Source: Patescibacteria group bacterium (lineage in GTDB: Bacteria > Patescibacteriota > Minisyncoccia > UBA6257 > 2-01-FULL-56-20). From it: DNA of 64,000 nt. Location of the stretch: positions 128,172-192,171 of the forward strand of contig JANLHI010000032.1 in NCBI GenBank assembly GCA_024654525.1. The letters run 5' to 3'. The position numbers and the translations under genes were made by a program. The notes under the pieces were generated by a model. It was not told where the DNA came from. It ran no database searches and worked only from the letters and a program-made list of their open reading frames with translations. Below are positions 9,669 to 17,985 of this stretch, one piece after another. Numbering within the stretch: position 1 is the first letter of the stretch; each line of letters starts with the position of its first letter.

Positions 9669-9884
9669 CTAGAGATAGCCGAGTTTTTTCAGTCGTTCCC
9701 TTATTTTCGTTTCTTCGGCGAGAAGATGACCATCTCCTTTCTCGAGGAGAAGTTCGCGAAGAATGAAAGAAACGAAGGAGGATGCAGATGTGAATCCGGT
9801 TCCTTGTATCATTTTTTGCACTCGCTCATGGAGTGGGCGGGGGATGGATATGGTGGTGTAATCAGTGCGCTTTTTTTGAGCCAT
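9669..9884 (-). CDS. ribbon-helix-helix (CopG/Arc-like) DNA-binding protein, putative operon regulator
   Basis: 71 aa. The N-terminal YTTISIPRPLHERVQKMI is the beta-strand-helix pattern of RHH proteins. It is the first gene of the minus-strand sat/cysC operon, 10 bp from the next gene. Weak call. Confidence 0.35.
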   Translation of the reverse strand: MAQKKRTDYTTISIPRPLHERVQKMIQGTGFTSASSFVSFILRELLLEKGDGHLLAEETKIRERLKKLGYL

Positions 9885-9962
9885 ACATGTAATTATGGGT
9901 AATTACATATAGGTGTCAAGAGGTGATATTCACAAGCTCATTTTTTGTGATACTATCCGGTT

Positions 9963-10103
9963 ATGGCAAAAAAAGTGGAAAAAAAGAAAAATAAGGGGAA
10001 AAAAGAGGGAAGTATTGCTGACGTGAAAGAAAAAAAATCAGAGAAGCGCGAGAAGGAGCGCGAGAAGGTGATGGATCAACTTAAAGCGTTGGGGTATATT
10101 TAA
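9963..10103 (+). CDS. small Lys/Glu-rich hypothetical protein (46 aa)
   Basis: ATG 9963 to TAA 10101-10103: MAKKVEKKKNKGKKEGSIADVKEKKSEKREKEREKVMDQLKALGYI. Low complexity. Its C-terminal LKALGYI resembles the RHH protein C-terminus LKKLGYL. Could be non-coding. Confidence 0.2.
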   Translation: MAKKVEKKKNKGKKEGSIADVKEKKSEKREKEREKVMDQLKALGYI

Positions 10104-10122
10104 TTTTTAGTGCATCGGCTAT

Positions 10123-11502
10123 ATGGGGAAAAGTATGTATAATAAAAAACCTTCAGTGGTTTTTATTACTATTGATGCATTACGCATTGATGAGTTGGGG
10201 GTTTTCGGCTATCAGCGTCCTACGAGTCCTTTTCTCGACCAATTTACGGCGGAGGGAATTAATTTTAAGAATCATTTTTCCAACAGTTCGCAGTCGCCTC
10301 CCGGTTTCTTTTCGATGTTTGCGTCGCAGTATCCTTCGGCGCGGAATGATTGGACAACAACTGATGGAAACTTCGAATTTATAAGTGAAGTGTTTCAGAA
10401 GAATGGATATTATACTGCGGGATTCGCTACCGCGCCCTACATTTCTAATTTTTTTGGATATGATCGCGGATTCGATGAATTTTTTCAAATGGGGCCTGTT
10501 GAGGAAATCGATCCGGTAAAGCGCGCGGCACTTTCGGCATTGCCGAAGGGTTGGATTGCACCGCTCAAATCATTCATCAAGAATACAATAATCGGCAAGA
10601 TATTAAACCGCGTGCGGTACGCTTTCCTTCCTCAGCATGCCTATGCGGGTGCGGAGGCGGTAAATAAAAAGATTTTGGGTTTTCTCGAATCCTATCAAGG
10701 CACGAAACCTCTTTTTCTCTGGATTCATTACATGGATGTCCATAATCCATTTCTTCCCGCGCAAGAGGATATGAAAGCGGTAGGGGGAACGCTAAGTTGT
10801 TTTCGTATTGCGCGTCTTAACCGGAAACATCTCCAGCTTACGCGCTTCGATCCTTTCGAGGATGTGCTTCATATGACGCATCGTGAGCTTAGCGATTTGC
10901 GTATTTGCTATGATGCAAAACTTCGATATCTTGATAACAAGATTAAAGAACTTTTTGCAATGTTTGCGAATCATGGACTTGGCAAAGAGCATACAATTAC
11001 CGCAATCACCGCTGATCACGGAGAAGCATTCGGAGAACATTTCGGGATAGGACATACCGAACGACTTTATGATGAATTGCTCCATGTACCGTTTATTATT
11101 CGAGTACCGGAGTATCCGGCGAGGGATATAGTGTCGCTCACAAATGCGGTGGATATTCTTCCTACGCTTGCGGGGCTTGCGGGAGTGTCGTACCGCAAGA
11201 ATCGCGTTCGGGGAATGAATGTTTTAGACGAGACATTTGTAAATCGGGAATATGTAGTGAGTCATGTTGCGCCGAATGTAGGAGGTATGCTTGCGAATGT
11301 GGATTTTGCACGAAGCACTTTTGCGGTGCGCACAGACACGTGGAAATTCATAAAAGATTTCGGAAGAAAGAGAGAGGAGCTTTATAACCTTGCGGATGAT
11401 CCTCTGGAGTTAAAAAATATCGCTTCCGAAAATAACCCAATACGCGAGGAGTTAAGTCGAGTTCTTGATTCTCATATTGCCGAGTGTAACGCGATTCGAT
11501 AA
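10123..11502 (+). CDS. sulfatase-family (alkaline phosphatase superfamily) protein with non-canonical active-site motif
   Basis: The N-terminal VVFITIDALRIDELG and the C-terminal ITADHGEAFGEHFGIGH are classic sulfatase-fold motifs. At the position of the C/S-x-P-x-R formylglycine motif the sequence is S-P-P-G-F, so Arg is replaced by Phe. Confidence 0.55.
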   Translation: MGKSMYNKKPSVVFITIDALRIDELGVFGYQRPTSPFLDQFTAEGINFKNHFSNSSQSPPGFFSMFASQYPSARNDWTTTDGNFEFISEVFQKNGYYTAGFATAPYISNFFGYDRGFDEFFQMGPVEEIDPVKRAALSALPKGWIAPLKSFIKNTIIGKILNRVRYAFLPQHAYAGAEAVNKKILGFLESYQGTKPLFLWIHYMDVHNPFLPAQEDMKAVGGTLSCFRIARLNRKHLQLTRFDPFEDVLHMTHRELSDLRICYDAKLRYLDNKIKELFAMFANHGLGKEHTITAITADHGEAFGEHFGIGHTERLYDELLHVPFIIRVPEYPARDIVSLTNAVDILPTLAGLAGVSYRKNRVRGMNVLDETFVNREYVVSHVAPNVGGMLANVDFARSTFAVRTDTWKFIKDFGRKREELYNLADDPLELKNIASENNPIREELSRVLDSHIAECNAIR

Positions 11503-11509
11503 TTTTTTT

Positions 11510-12418
11510 ATGAAAATTCTTGTAACCGGAGGTACGGGGTTTGTCGGCTCGAACATTGTTCGTGCGCTTCTCGCGGAAGGACACGAGGTGTTTATCACGG
11601 GAAGCGATGCCGAGCAAAAAATACCGGGGTTCAAAGGGAAGTATCTTCAACCGGGACTGTTGGGAATTGATTGGGATGAGATAGGGAACATCGATGCTGT
11701 TTTTCACGAAGCGGCGATTAATGATACGACACATGATGACACGCGAGAGATGATGCGCGCAAATCTTGAGTCCTCGCGGGCGCTTTTTGAGTACGCCGCT
11801 ATGCATGAATGTCGGCACATTGTGTATGCCTCATCAACTGCGGTATACGGCGATGTATTTCCGCCATTTCGCGAGGATAGTCCGACACACCCCCTAAACC
11901 CTTACGCGGAGTCGAAACTTGCACTTGATGTGTACGCGCAGGAGTTCGCGCGAATGCATCCAGAGATTATTGTGGTGGGATTGCGGTATTGCAACGTGTA
12001 TGGTCCCGGTGAGAGCCATAAAGGCAAGCGCGCAAGCATGATTTATCAGTTGGCGCAGCAGATGCAAAAGAGAGCCCCCGTTCTTTTTAAAGATGGCGAG
12101 CAGAAGCGCGACTATGTGTATATAAAAGATGTGATTACTGCAAATCTAAAAGCGCTTGCCACAACGAAGAGCTGTGTGGTGAATTGCGGTTCGGGCGCGG
12201 CGACCTCATTCAACGAACTGGTGCGGATATTGAATGGCGTGCTTGATATGAATCTTGTCCCGGAATACATTGAAAATCCCTACGAGCGCACTTATCAAAA
12301 GTATACTTTGTGCGATATGAGTCGTGCGAAAGAACTATTGGGATTTGTTCCTCAATACGATATCGAAGACGGAATACGCGATTATTACGCGAGCGGTTTG
12401 TGCGATTCCCGGCCATAA
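11510..12418 (+). CDS. NAD-dependent epimerase/dehydratase (ADP-L-glycero-D-manno-heptose 6-epimerase-like)
   Basis: MKILVTGGTGFVGSNIV Rossmann motif and the YASSTAVYGD...NPYAESK catalytic Y-x3-K. About 300 aa, matching HldD-like short extended SDRs. Lies next to the RfaE-domain-II gene. Start at ATG 11510. Confidence 0.5.
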   Translation: MKILVTGGTGFVGSNIVRALLAEGHEVFITGSDAEQKIPGFKGKYLQPGLLGIDWDEIGNIDAVFHEAAINDTTHDDTREMMRANLESSRALFEYAAMHECRHIVYASSTAVYGDVFPPFREDSPTHPLNPYAESKLALDVYAQEFARMHPEIIVVGLRYCNVYGPGESHKGKRASMIYQLAQQMQKRAPVLFKDGEQKRDYVYIKDVITANLKALATTKSCVVNCGSGAATSFNELVRILNGVLDMNLVPEYIENPYERTYQKYTLCDMSRAKELLGFVPQYDIEDGIRDYYASGLCDSRP

Positions 12419-12894
12419 TAATCAAGGATGCGGGTAATAATTTTTGAAGTGGATCTTCCTTGCGTGACGGGGCAGAGTACCACTTTTCCTCCTTGTGCGA
12501 TAACGAGATTGCGTTCGGTTATCTCTTCTATCCGGCGATCTCCTCCTTTTATGTGGATATCAGGCTTGAGAATTTCCAGCCATTTGAAAGGAGTGGTTTC
12601 GCGAAATATAAATACATAGTCCACTGTATGGAGTGCCGCAATCATTTCCGCTCTTTCCCGTGCAGGGACTATGGGGCGAAGTTTCCCTTTCAGCGCTCTT
12701 ACTGATGCGTCTGAATTTACTCCCACAATCAAAATATCTCCCTTTGATTTTGCGAATGAGAGATTGCGTATGTGACCGATATGGAGAATGTCAAAACATC
12801 CGTTTGTAGTAACCACTTTCTTTTTTTTGGCACGTGCGTTTTTTGCAATGCGCGTTATTTCAACAAGTGCCTTGATCTTTTTTTGAGTTCGCAT
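12385..12894 (-). CDS. D-beta-D-heptose 1-phosphate adenylyltransferase-like (RfaE/HldE domain II, cytidylyltransferase fold)
   Basis: VVTTNGCFDILHIGHIRNLSFAKSKGDILIVGVNSDASVRALKG...IHIKGGD aligns closely with HldE domain II (NGCFDILHAGH...VNSDAS..RLKG...KGGD). Confidence 0.7.
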   Translation of the reverse strand: MRTQKKIKALVEITRIAKNARAKKKKVVTTNGCFDILHIGHIRNLSFAKSKGDILIVGVNSDASVRALKGKLRPIVPARERAEMIAALHTVDYVFIFRETTPFKWLEILKPDIHIKGGDRRIEEITERNLVIAQGGKVVLCPVTQGRSTSKIITRILDYYGRESHKPLA

Positions 12895-13004
12895 CTTCTA
12901 TATATAGCGCGCTATTTCGTTTCTTGCAAAAGTGCATACTCCGCCGTATCATCGAGAAGTTGATTTGATAACTTAACATTAACCTCAACCGAAAGGAGCG
13001 CGTT

Positions 13005-14843
13005 ATGCAGCTTCGAGAAAATGCGGCGACACCCCCGCGTGTCATCCTTGTGATGGAAAAGTGTGTCATCGAGCCCCTTGGGGTCGAGCATCTCGCCTCT
13101 CTTGCGGAAACGCTTGGCTGGCGGGCAGACGTGATTCTCTATGAGAACCGGGACGATGTTTTCGATTTCGAACCGCTCTATGCAGCGATTCGGAAGACAA
13201 AACCGTCTCTTGTAGGGTTTTCTATATGGACAGGATCGCATCTTCAATGCTTTGAGGCGGCGGACAGAATTCGGAAAGAGCTTGGCGTGAGAGTTGCCAT
13301 TGGCGGACCGCATGCGACTTACTTTCCGGAACAATGTGCGGCGCACGCCGATGTGGTGGCGAAGGGGAACGGCTTTCGGCTGTTCCGCCATATTCTTACC
13401 GGTGAAACACTCGAAGGAATCCGGGAAATCAGTCCCGGTATCATCTTCGATAGTTCGAAAAACGCGGAATTTCCGATTTCGTGCCGCGGGCGAGAAATTG
13501 TCTACGCACGATACCCGGAACTTGCGGGCGATCGGCCGGCGAAAATATACAGCATGATGGGAAGCACCGGCTGCGTGTTCCACTGTAGTTACTGCAATTC
13601 ACCGTTTCTCAACGAGCTTTATGGGGGATTCAAAAACGTGTTTATCACTCGTCCTATAGACGACTTGATTAACGAGGCGCAATGGATTCGAGACCATCAC
13701 GGCGCGGACACCATTTATTTCCAGGATGATATTTTCGGGTATCGTCTGGATTGGCTGAAGGAATTCAGTTCTCGGTGGAAAAGCGAAGTTGGAGTGCCTT
13801 GGCACTGTCAGATTCGTCTCGAGCTCACACAGGGGCACAATGGAGATGAACGCCTCCGGCTTTTTACCGAAGGAGGGTGCACGGGTATCACGCTTGCGAT
13901 CGAGTCGGGAAACGACTTCCTCCGCGAGTTCGTACTTTTTCGACCGATGGAATATAACCTCATTATTGAGGGATGCCGGAAGATTATGAGCTATGGTCTC
14001 ACTCTAAGAACGGAGCAGATTCTCCAGATTCCGTTTTCGAATCTCGAGACGGACTTGGGGACGCTTCGCCTGAACTGCGACATCGGTCCCACGATGGCAT
14101 GGAGTTCGATTCTCGTGCCATTCGGTGAAACCAACATGGGAAAAATCGCCAAGGCATTTGGGTTTTACCACGGAACAAACGACGACATCACGCCACGGTT
14201 TTACCGTGACGGCAGTAAGCTCCGGCATTCGGAGACCGCCCGCGAGTCCATTGAAGAGGTATCGCGGAGATTAAAACGGGAGCTGAAACTTGGGAGGTTT
14301 GAGAGCCCTCTCTTACAGATGAATGCAGTGCAGAATGGAGATCCATTCTCTGCGGACGTGTTGCACTCCGGTTCCAGAGTTTCCAAAATCCAGTACATGG
14401 ATGACACAGCGAATGCTCGCTACTGCGAGCAGGCGTTTCGTCTCCAGCGATTCTTCAACTGGTTCCCTCGGGTTCCCGAGGGACATCAGCTTGCGGCGAA
14501 ATGGACCGAGCTTCGGGAAACGGAAGCGTCTTTCGAAAAGCTTTGCGAGCTTACCGCGGAACATCTTGTTCAAAACGGACATAGCGATGCGCTACGCAGG
14601 TGGCGGCAGCGCTTTGTAAATTGCTTCGAGGGTGGTTTGCCTCCGCAACTCGAAAAAACATGGCTCTACTTCGCATTTTTCAGGTCGGGTCCCGAGTTCG
14701 CGAAGAGAGTGCTTGAGCAGGGTATTCTCGATCTTGGGCGAGGCACATGCCTCGACGCGCTTGGAAAAGTGGCACGGCATCGTATTTTCGATTGGGAACT
14801 CTACAAAGTTCACCAGTCGGAAGAGCCGATTGCTTTGAAGTAA
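13005..14843 (+). CDS. B12-binding domain radical SAM protein
   Basis: N-terminal cobalamin-binding-like Rossmann segment (RVILVMEKCVIEPLGV...VGFSIWTGSH) followed by the radical SAM cysteine triad CVFHCSYC (Cx3Cx2C). 612 aa. Region GC is visibly higher than its flanks. Confidence 0.65.
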   Translation: MQLRENAATPPRVILVMEKCVIEPLGVEHLASLAETLGWRADVILYENRDDVFDFEPLYAAIRKTKPSLVGFSIWTGSHLQCFEAADRIRKELGVRVAIGGPHATYFPEQCAAHADVVAKGNGFRLFRHILTGETLEGIREISPGIIFDSSKNAEFPISCRGREIVYARYPELAGDRPAKIYSMMGSTGCVFHCSYCNSPFLNELYGGFKNVFITRPIDDLINEAQWIRDHHGADTIYFQDDIFGYRLDWLKEFSSRWKSEVGVPWHCQIRLELTQGHNGDERLRLFTEGGCTGITLAIESGNDFLREFVLFRPMEYNLIIEGCRKIMSYGLTLRTEQILQIPFSNLETDLGTLRLNCDIGPTMAWSSILVPFGETNMGKIAKAFGFYHGTNDDITPRFYRDGSKLRHSETARESIEEVSRRLKRELKLGRFESPLLQMNAVQNGDPFSADVLHSGSRVSKIQYMDDTANARYCEQAFRLQRFFNWFPRVPEGHQLAAKWTELRETEASFEKLCELTAEHLVQNGHSDALRRWRQRFVNCFEGGLPPQLEKTWLYFAFFRSGPEFAKRVLEQGILDLGRGTCLDALGKVARHRIFDWELYKVHQSEEPIALK

Positions 14844-14851
14844 AAATCACG

Positions 14852-14891
14852 GATGCCTCGTTGCGAAAGCTACGAGGCATCTTTAGTTTTT
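14852..14891 (+). terminator. rho-independent terminator after radical SAM gene
   Basis: gatgcctcgt-tgcgaaagct-acgaggcatc gives a perfect 10-bp stem followed by tttagttttt. Confidence 0.65.
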
Positions 14892-14976
14892 ATGGAAGTA
14901 TTTTCATACTTGACAGTAATACGGTGGTGCGTGTAGAACGTTATTAGTTCGCATTCACAACAAAAAATTACTGTTT

Positions 14977-15468
14977 ATGGAAAAAAATGTTTTCGAAGGA
15001 AAGATCTTCAGGGTCACTACCGAAAAAGTTTCAGATCGTCTTTGTCTTGAGCGGATATATCAACGACATGGTGTTACCGTTTTCCCATGTATTAATGGTC
15101 GGATCCGGTTTGTAAGAAGGGTAATCATTAATACGGGTACAGTAGAGGTGCGTCCCATGTCGGGCTACATTGAAGACGGAGAAGATCCTCTTACATGCGC
15201 AAAGCGGGAGCTTTGGGAAGAGCTTGGTCTTACTGCCGGCACATGGAAGCATTTTGCTTCAATTGAGGACGAGGGAGGCGTGTATCAGACACAGCATTTT
15301 TATGTTGCTCGTCGCATCAATCTTGCCATGGGAGATGTCTCAAGGGATCCGGATGAGTTAATTCACGGCACTCTCGACCTTACTAAGCGGCAAATCCGAA
15401 GGTGGACTCTAAAGGGAAAGCTTGGAACACGCAACGCGTTTGCGTTGCTTAAATTCGTTTTGGAATAA
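14977..15468 (+). CDS. NUDIX hydrolase
   Basis: Nudix box GYIEDGEDPLTCAKRELWEELGL (G-x5-E-x7-REUxEExGU). Confidence 0.65.
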   Translation: MEKNVFEGKIFRVTTEKVSDRLCLERIYQRHGVTVFPCINGRIRFVRRVIINTGTVEVRPMSGYIEDGEDPLTCAKRELWEELGLTAGTWKHFASIEDEGGVYQTQHFYVARRINLAMGDVSRDPDELIHGTLDLTKRQIRRWTLKGKLGTRNAFALLKFVLE

Positions 15469-15472
15469 TGCG

Positions 15473-15517
15473 ATGCGGGGCTTGGCGTCTTTCGATGTCA
15501 GACCCCGCATTTTATTT
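15473..15517 (+). terminator. putative terminator after NUDIX gene
   Basis: atgcgggg...ccccgcat gives an 8-bp GC-rich stem with a large loop, followed by tttattt. Confidence 0.45.
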
Positions 15518-15748
15518 CGTCAACTCTTTTTAGAGGGGGCTTGGTTATATTGAAATCCCCACGATAGGACGCTATAGTTCCCATGCGTATATTTAAGTGG
15601 TTCCCTGTGGTAATTTTCATATTTTCACATGCTTCAATACACCGAGAGCAATGCAAAGTTTTTTTTGAAACGAAGCGTGAGTGCTATGCGTTCGATAGCG
15701 CTTGGTTTTTTTAGCGTTCCTGTTACAAAAGAAGGGTGGGAGGATAGG

Positions 15749-17977
15749 ATGTTAATTTCAAATCTTGAGGGTTTGGGGGATCTTATAATGTTTACTTCCG
15801 TTCTCAAACATTATAAAAAGCGTTTTCCCACAAAAAAGATTTATCTTCTTGTAAAACAAGGATTTGGCGTTGAGAATTTTTTTCGAGAGTATTACGTTGA
15901 TGAAGTAATTGCGCTTAATTATAGGCGATTTTCCATTAATCCTTGGTATGGTTTTCAGGTGATAAGGCGTTTGCGTCGTATCGGGTTTCATACCGTAGTG
16001 AATCATGATTTTAGTGCGGCGGAGATTATGGGAAAGATAATCTCTGTTTCGCTCGGAGCGAAAGAAGTTATCGGGTACGAAGGACAGATTATAGAGTTCG
16101 AGAAGCCGTATGATATTCAACAGGAAAAGCATTTAAAAAAAATCCGGAAAAAGATTCTCCCTCGGTATACGCGCATAATTCCGCCTATTCCGCAGGATAT
16201 CGGGAAGTACGGCCGAATACCCAGTGAGATTGAATATTATATCGCAATCTACGAGGCAGTAACCGGGGTTTGTGAGTCCGATTATGCACCGATGCTTCCA
16301 CGACCGAGTGATGCCATGATAGAATCAGTAGTCAAAAAATTTGATATCCCGAATATTCCCTATGTTGTGTTTAATGTGAATTCAAGCGTGTCGTGTAAAA
16401 TATGGCCATTTCACAATTTTGCGGAGGTAGCCGGTTATCTTGATAAAAAAGGGTATGCAGTGGTGTTGGTGGGTTCAAAGAAAGAATTCTTGCGTACACA
16501 AAAATTTAATTCTTGCACAAATGTTTTTTGTATCAATACTTCGGGAAAGACTTCGTTTGAAGAGTTACTTGCGCTTATCGCGGGATGTGCTTTTGTGTTC
16601 GGAAATGACACCTCTACCATTCATTTTGCGGTGGCCTTACAACGTCCTTCTCTTTGTGTTGTCGGAGGAGGGCAATTTGGTGTTGCGGTGAATTATGGGT
16701 ATCGAGATATGAATGTGTGGGCGTATGAGAAAACTTATTGTTATTTTGATAACTGGCGGTGCAGTAGGGGAGTAGCACATAACGATCCCTCTCCGTGTGT
16801 GGTTGCGATATCCGTTTCGCAAGTTCTCCAAAAACTCAATGGGATACTTGCATATAATGGCCGTCATTCGTGTGTATTTTCAGCGAATTTTGAAAAAGAT
16901 GCATATCAATCAATTTCACATAAAAAGGAAAAAATAAAGATTATTTATTCCGGAATTCAAGCGGAGAATTACAATCCCGCCCGGAAGATGAGTTTCGAAT
17001 ACTCCAATTTTTATAACACCCTGAAGGATCTTCCGAATGTTGAGGTGATTGAGTATCCGTATGATCCGATTATTGAAATAGGAAAAAAGAGATTTAATGA
17101 AAAATTACTGGACCTTGTGCGCCGCGAAAAGCCGGATTTATTTTTTGCGTTTATGTTCACGGATGAGCTTGATGTAGAAATGCTTGATGAGATAAAGGGA
17201 ATTACCACAAGTGTTGCATGGTTTGCGGACGACCATTGGCGGTTGTGGAATTATTCGCATCGCTACGCGTGGCATTTCTCATGGGTGGTGACAACATGGT
17301 CAAAGGCACCCGAGATATATCGCCGCTACGGCATTACGAATGTAATTCGCTCGCAGTGGGCGTGTAATCCGCACGCATGGAAACCTGTTGACATTGAGCG
17401 AGATATAGATGTGGCGTTTGTGGGACAATGGAATCCTTCGCGGGCGCACATTGTAGAACAACTCCGGAAAGCGGGTATTAACGTGTGGACTCGCGGGTGG
17501 GGATGGCCCGAAGGGCGTCTTTCTCACGAGGAAATGGTAAAGAGCCTTTCGCGGGCGAAAATAAATTTAAACTTCAACGTGCCGCCGTCCCATTGGAACC
17601 CAAAAATGCTTGCGCGGCTCCTTTTGCGGCGTTCGGTGGGGAGAATAGTTCCGGATGTGTTGAACCTCAAGGGGAATATTGAGTCGTGGTTTCACATGCC
17701 AATTCCCCAAATTAAAGCCCGCCCGTTTGAGATTCTCGCGTGTCGCACGTTTCTTATTTCCGGATATGCGGACGATATGGAAAATTATTACGAAAATAAG
17801 AAAGAAATTGTGTATTACAATGGACAGTTGGATGATCTTATCGGGAAAATTCGCTATTACCTTGCACATGATGACGAGCGAGAGAATATTGCGCACGCGG
17901 CGTACGAGAGAACGTTGCGTGAACATACGTACGAGAAACGTTTCCGGGAGATTTTTAAAAAAATTGGCTTAACATAA
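15749..17977 (+). CDS. bifunctional glycosyltransferase: N-terminal GT9 heptosyltransferase domain fused to C-terminal CgeB-like (DUF3880/Glyco_trans_1_2) domain
   Basis: The N-terminal part has MLISNLEGLGDLIMFTSVLKHYKKRFP and NTSGKTSFEELLALIAGCAFVFGNDTSTIHFAVAL, the GT9 (RfaF/RfaC-like) patterns. The C-terminal ~350 aa (VAWFADDHW...VAFVGQW...ARPFEILACRTFLISGY...YYNGQLDDLIGKIRYYLAHDDERENIAHAAYERTLREHTYEKRF) matches CgeB-family glycosyltransferases. Start set to ATG 15749, which is preceded by GGAGG. Confidence 0.55.
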   Translation: MLISNLEGLGDLIMFTSVLKHYKKRFPTKKIYLLVKQGFGVENFFREYYVDEVIALNYRRFSINPWYGFQVIRRLRRIGFHTVVNHDFSAAEIMGKIISVSLGAKEVIGYEGQIIEFEKPYDIQQEKHLKKIRKKILPRYTRIIPPIPQDIGKYGRIPSEIEYYIAIYEAVTGVCESDYAPMLPRPSDAMIESVVKKFDIPNIPYVVFNVNSSVSCKIWPFHNFAEVAGYLDKKGYAVVLVGSKKEFLRTQKFNSCTNVFCINTSGKTSFEELLALIAGCAFVFGNDTSTIHFAVALQRPSLCVVGGGQFGVAVNYGYRDMNVWAYEKTYCYFDNWRCSRGVAHNDPSPCVVAISVSQVLQKLNGILAYNGRHSCVFSANFEKDAYQSISHKKEKIKIIYSGIQAENYNPARKMSFEYSNFYNTLKDLPNVEVIEYPYDPIIEIGKKRFNEKLLDLVRREKPDLFFAFMFTDELDVEMLDEIKGITTSVAWFADDHWRLWNYSHRYAWHFSWVVTTWSKAPEIYRRYGITNVIRSQWACNPHAWKPVDIERDIDVAFVGQWNPSRAHIVEQLRKAGINVWTRGWGWPEGRLSHEEMVKSLSRAKINLNFNVPPSHWNPKMLARLLLRRSVGRIVPDVLNLKGNIESWFHMPIPQIKARPFEILACRTFLISGYADDMENYYENKKEIVYYNGQLDDLIGKIRYYLAHDDERENIAHAAYERTLREHTYEKRFREIFKKIGLT

Positions 17978-17985
17978 AGTATCTT

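Noticed and set aside
13294-14880. Multiple small ORFs on both strands within the radical SAM gene
   Set aside because: All are internal or antisense to the 612-aa B12/radical SAM ORF, whose motifs are intact. Same GC artefact.
14899-14935. Possible promoter (TTGACA ... tagaac) upstream of the second NUDIX gene
   Set aside because: The -35 is perfect but no acceptable -10 hexamer lies at 16-18 nt spacing. Left unannotated.
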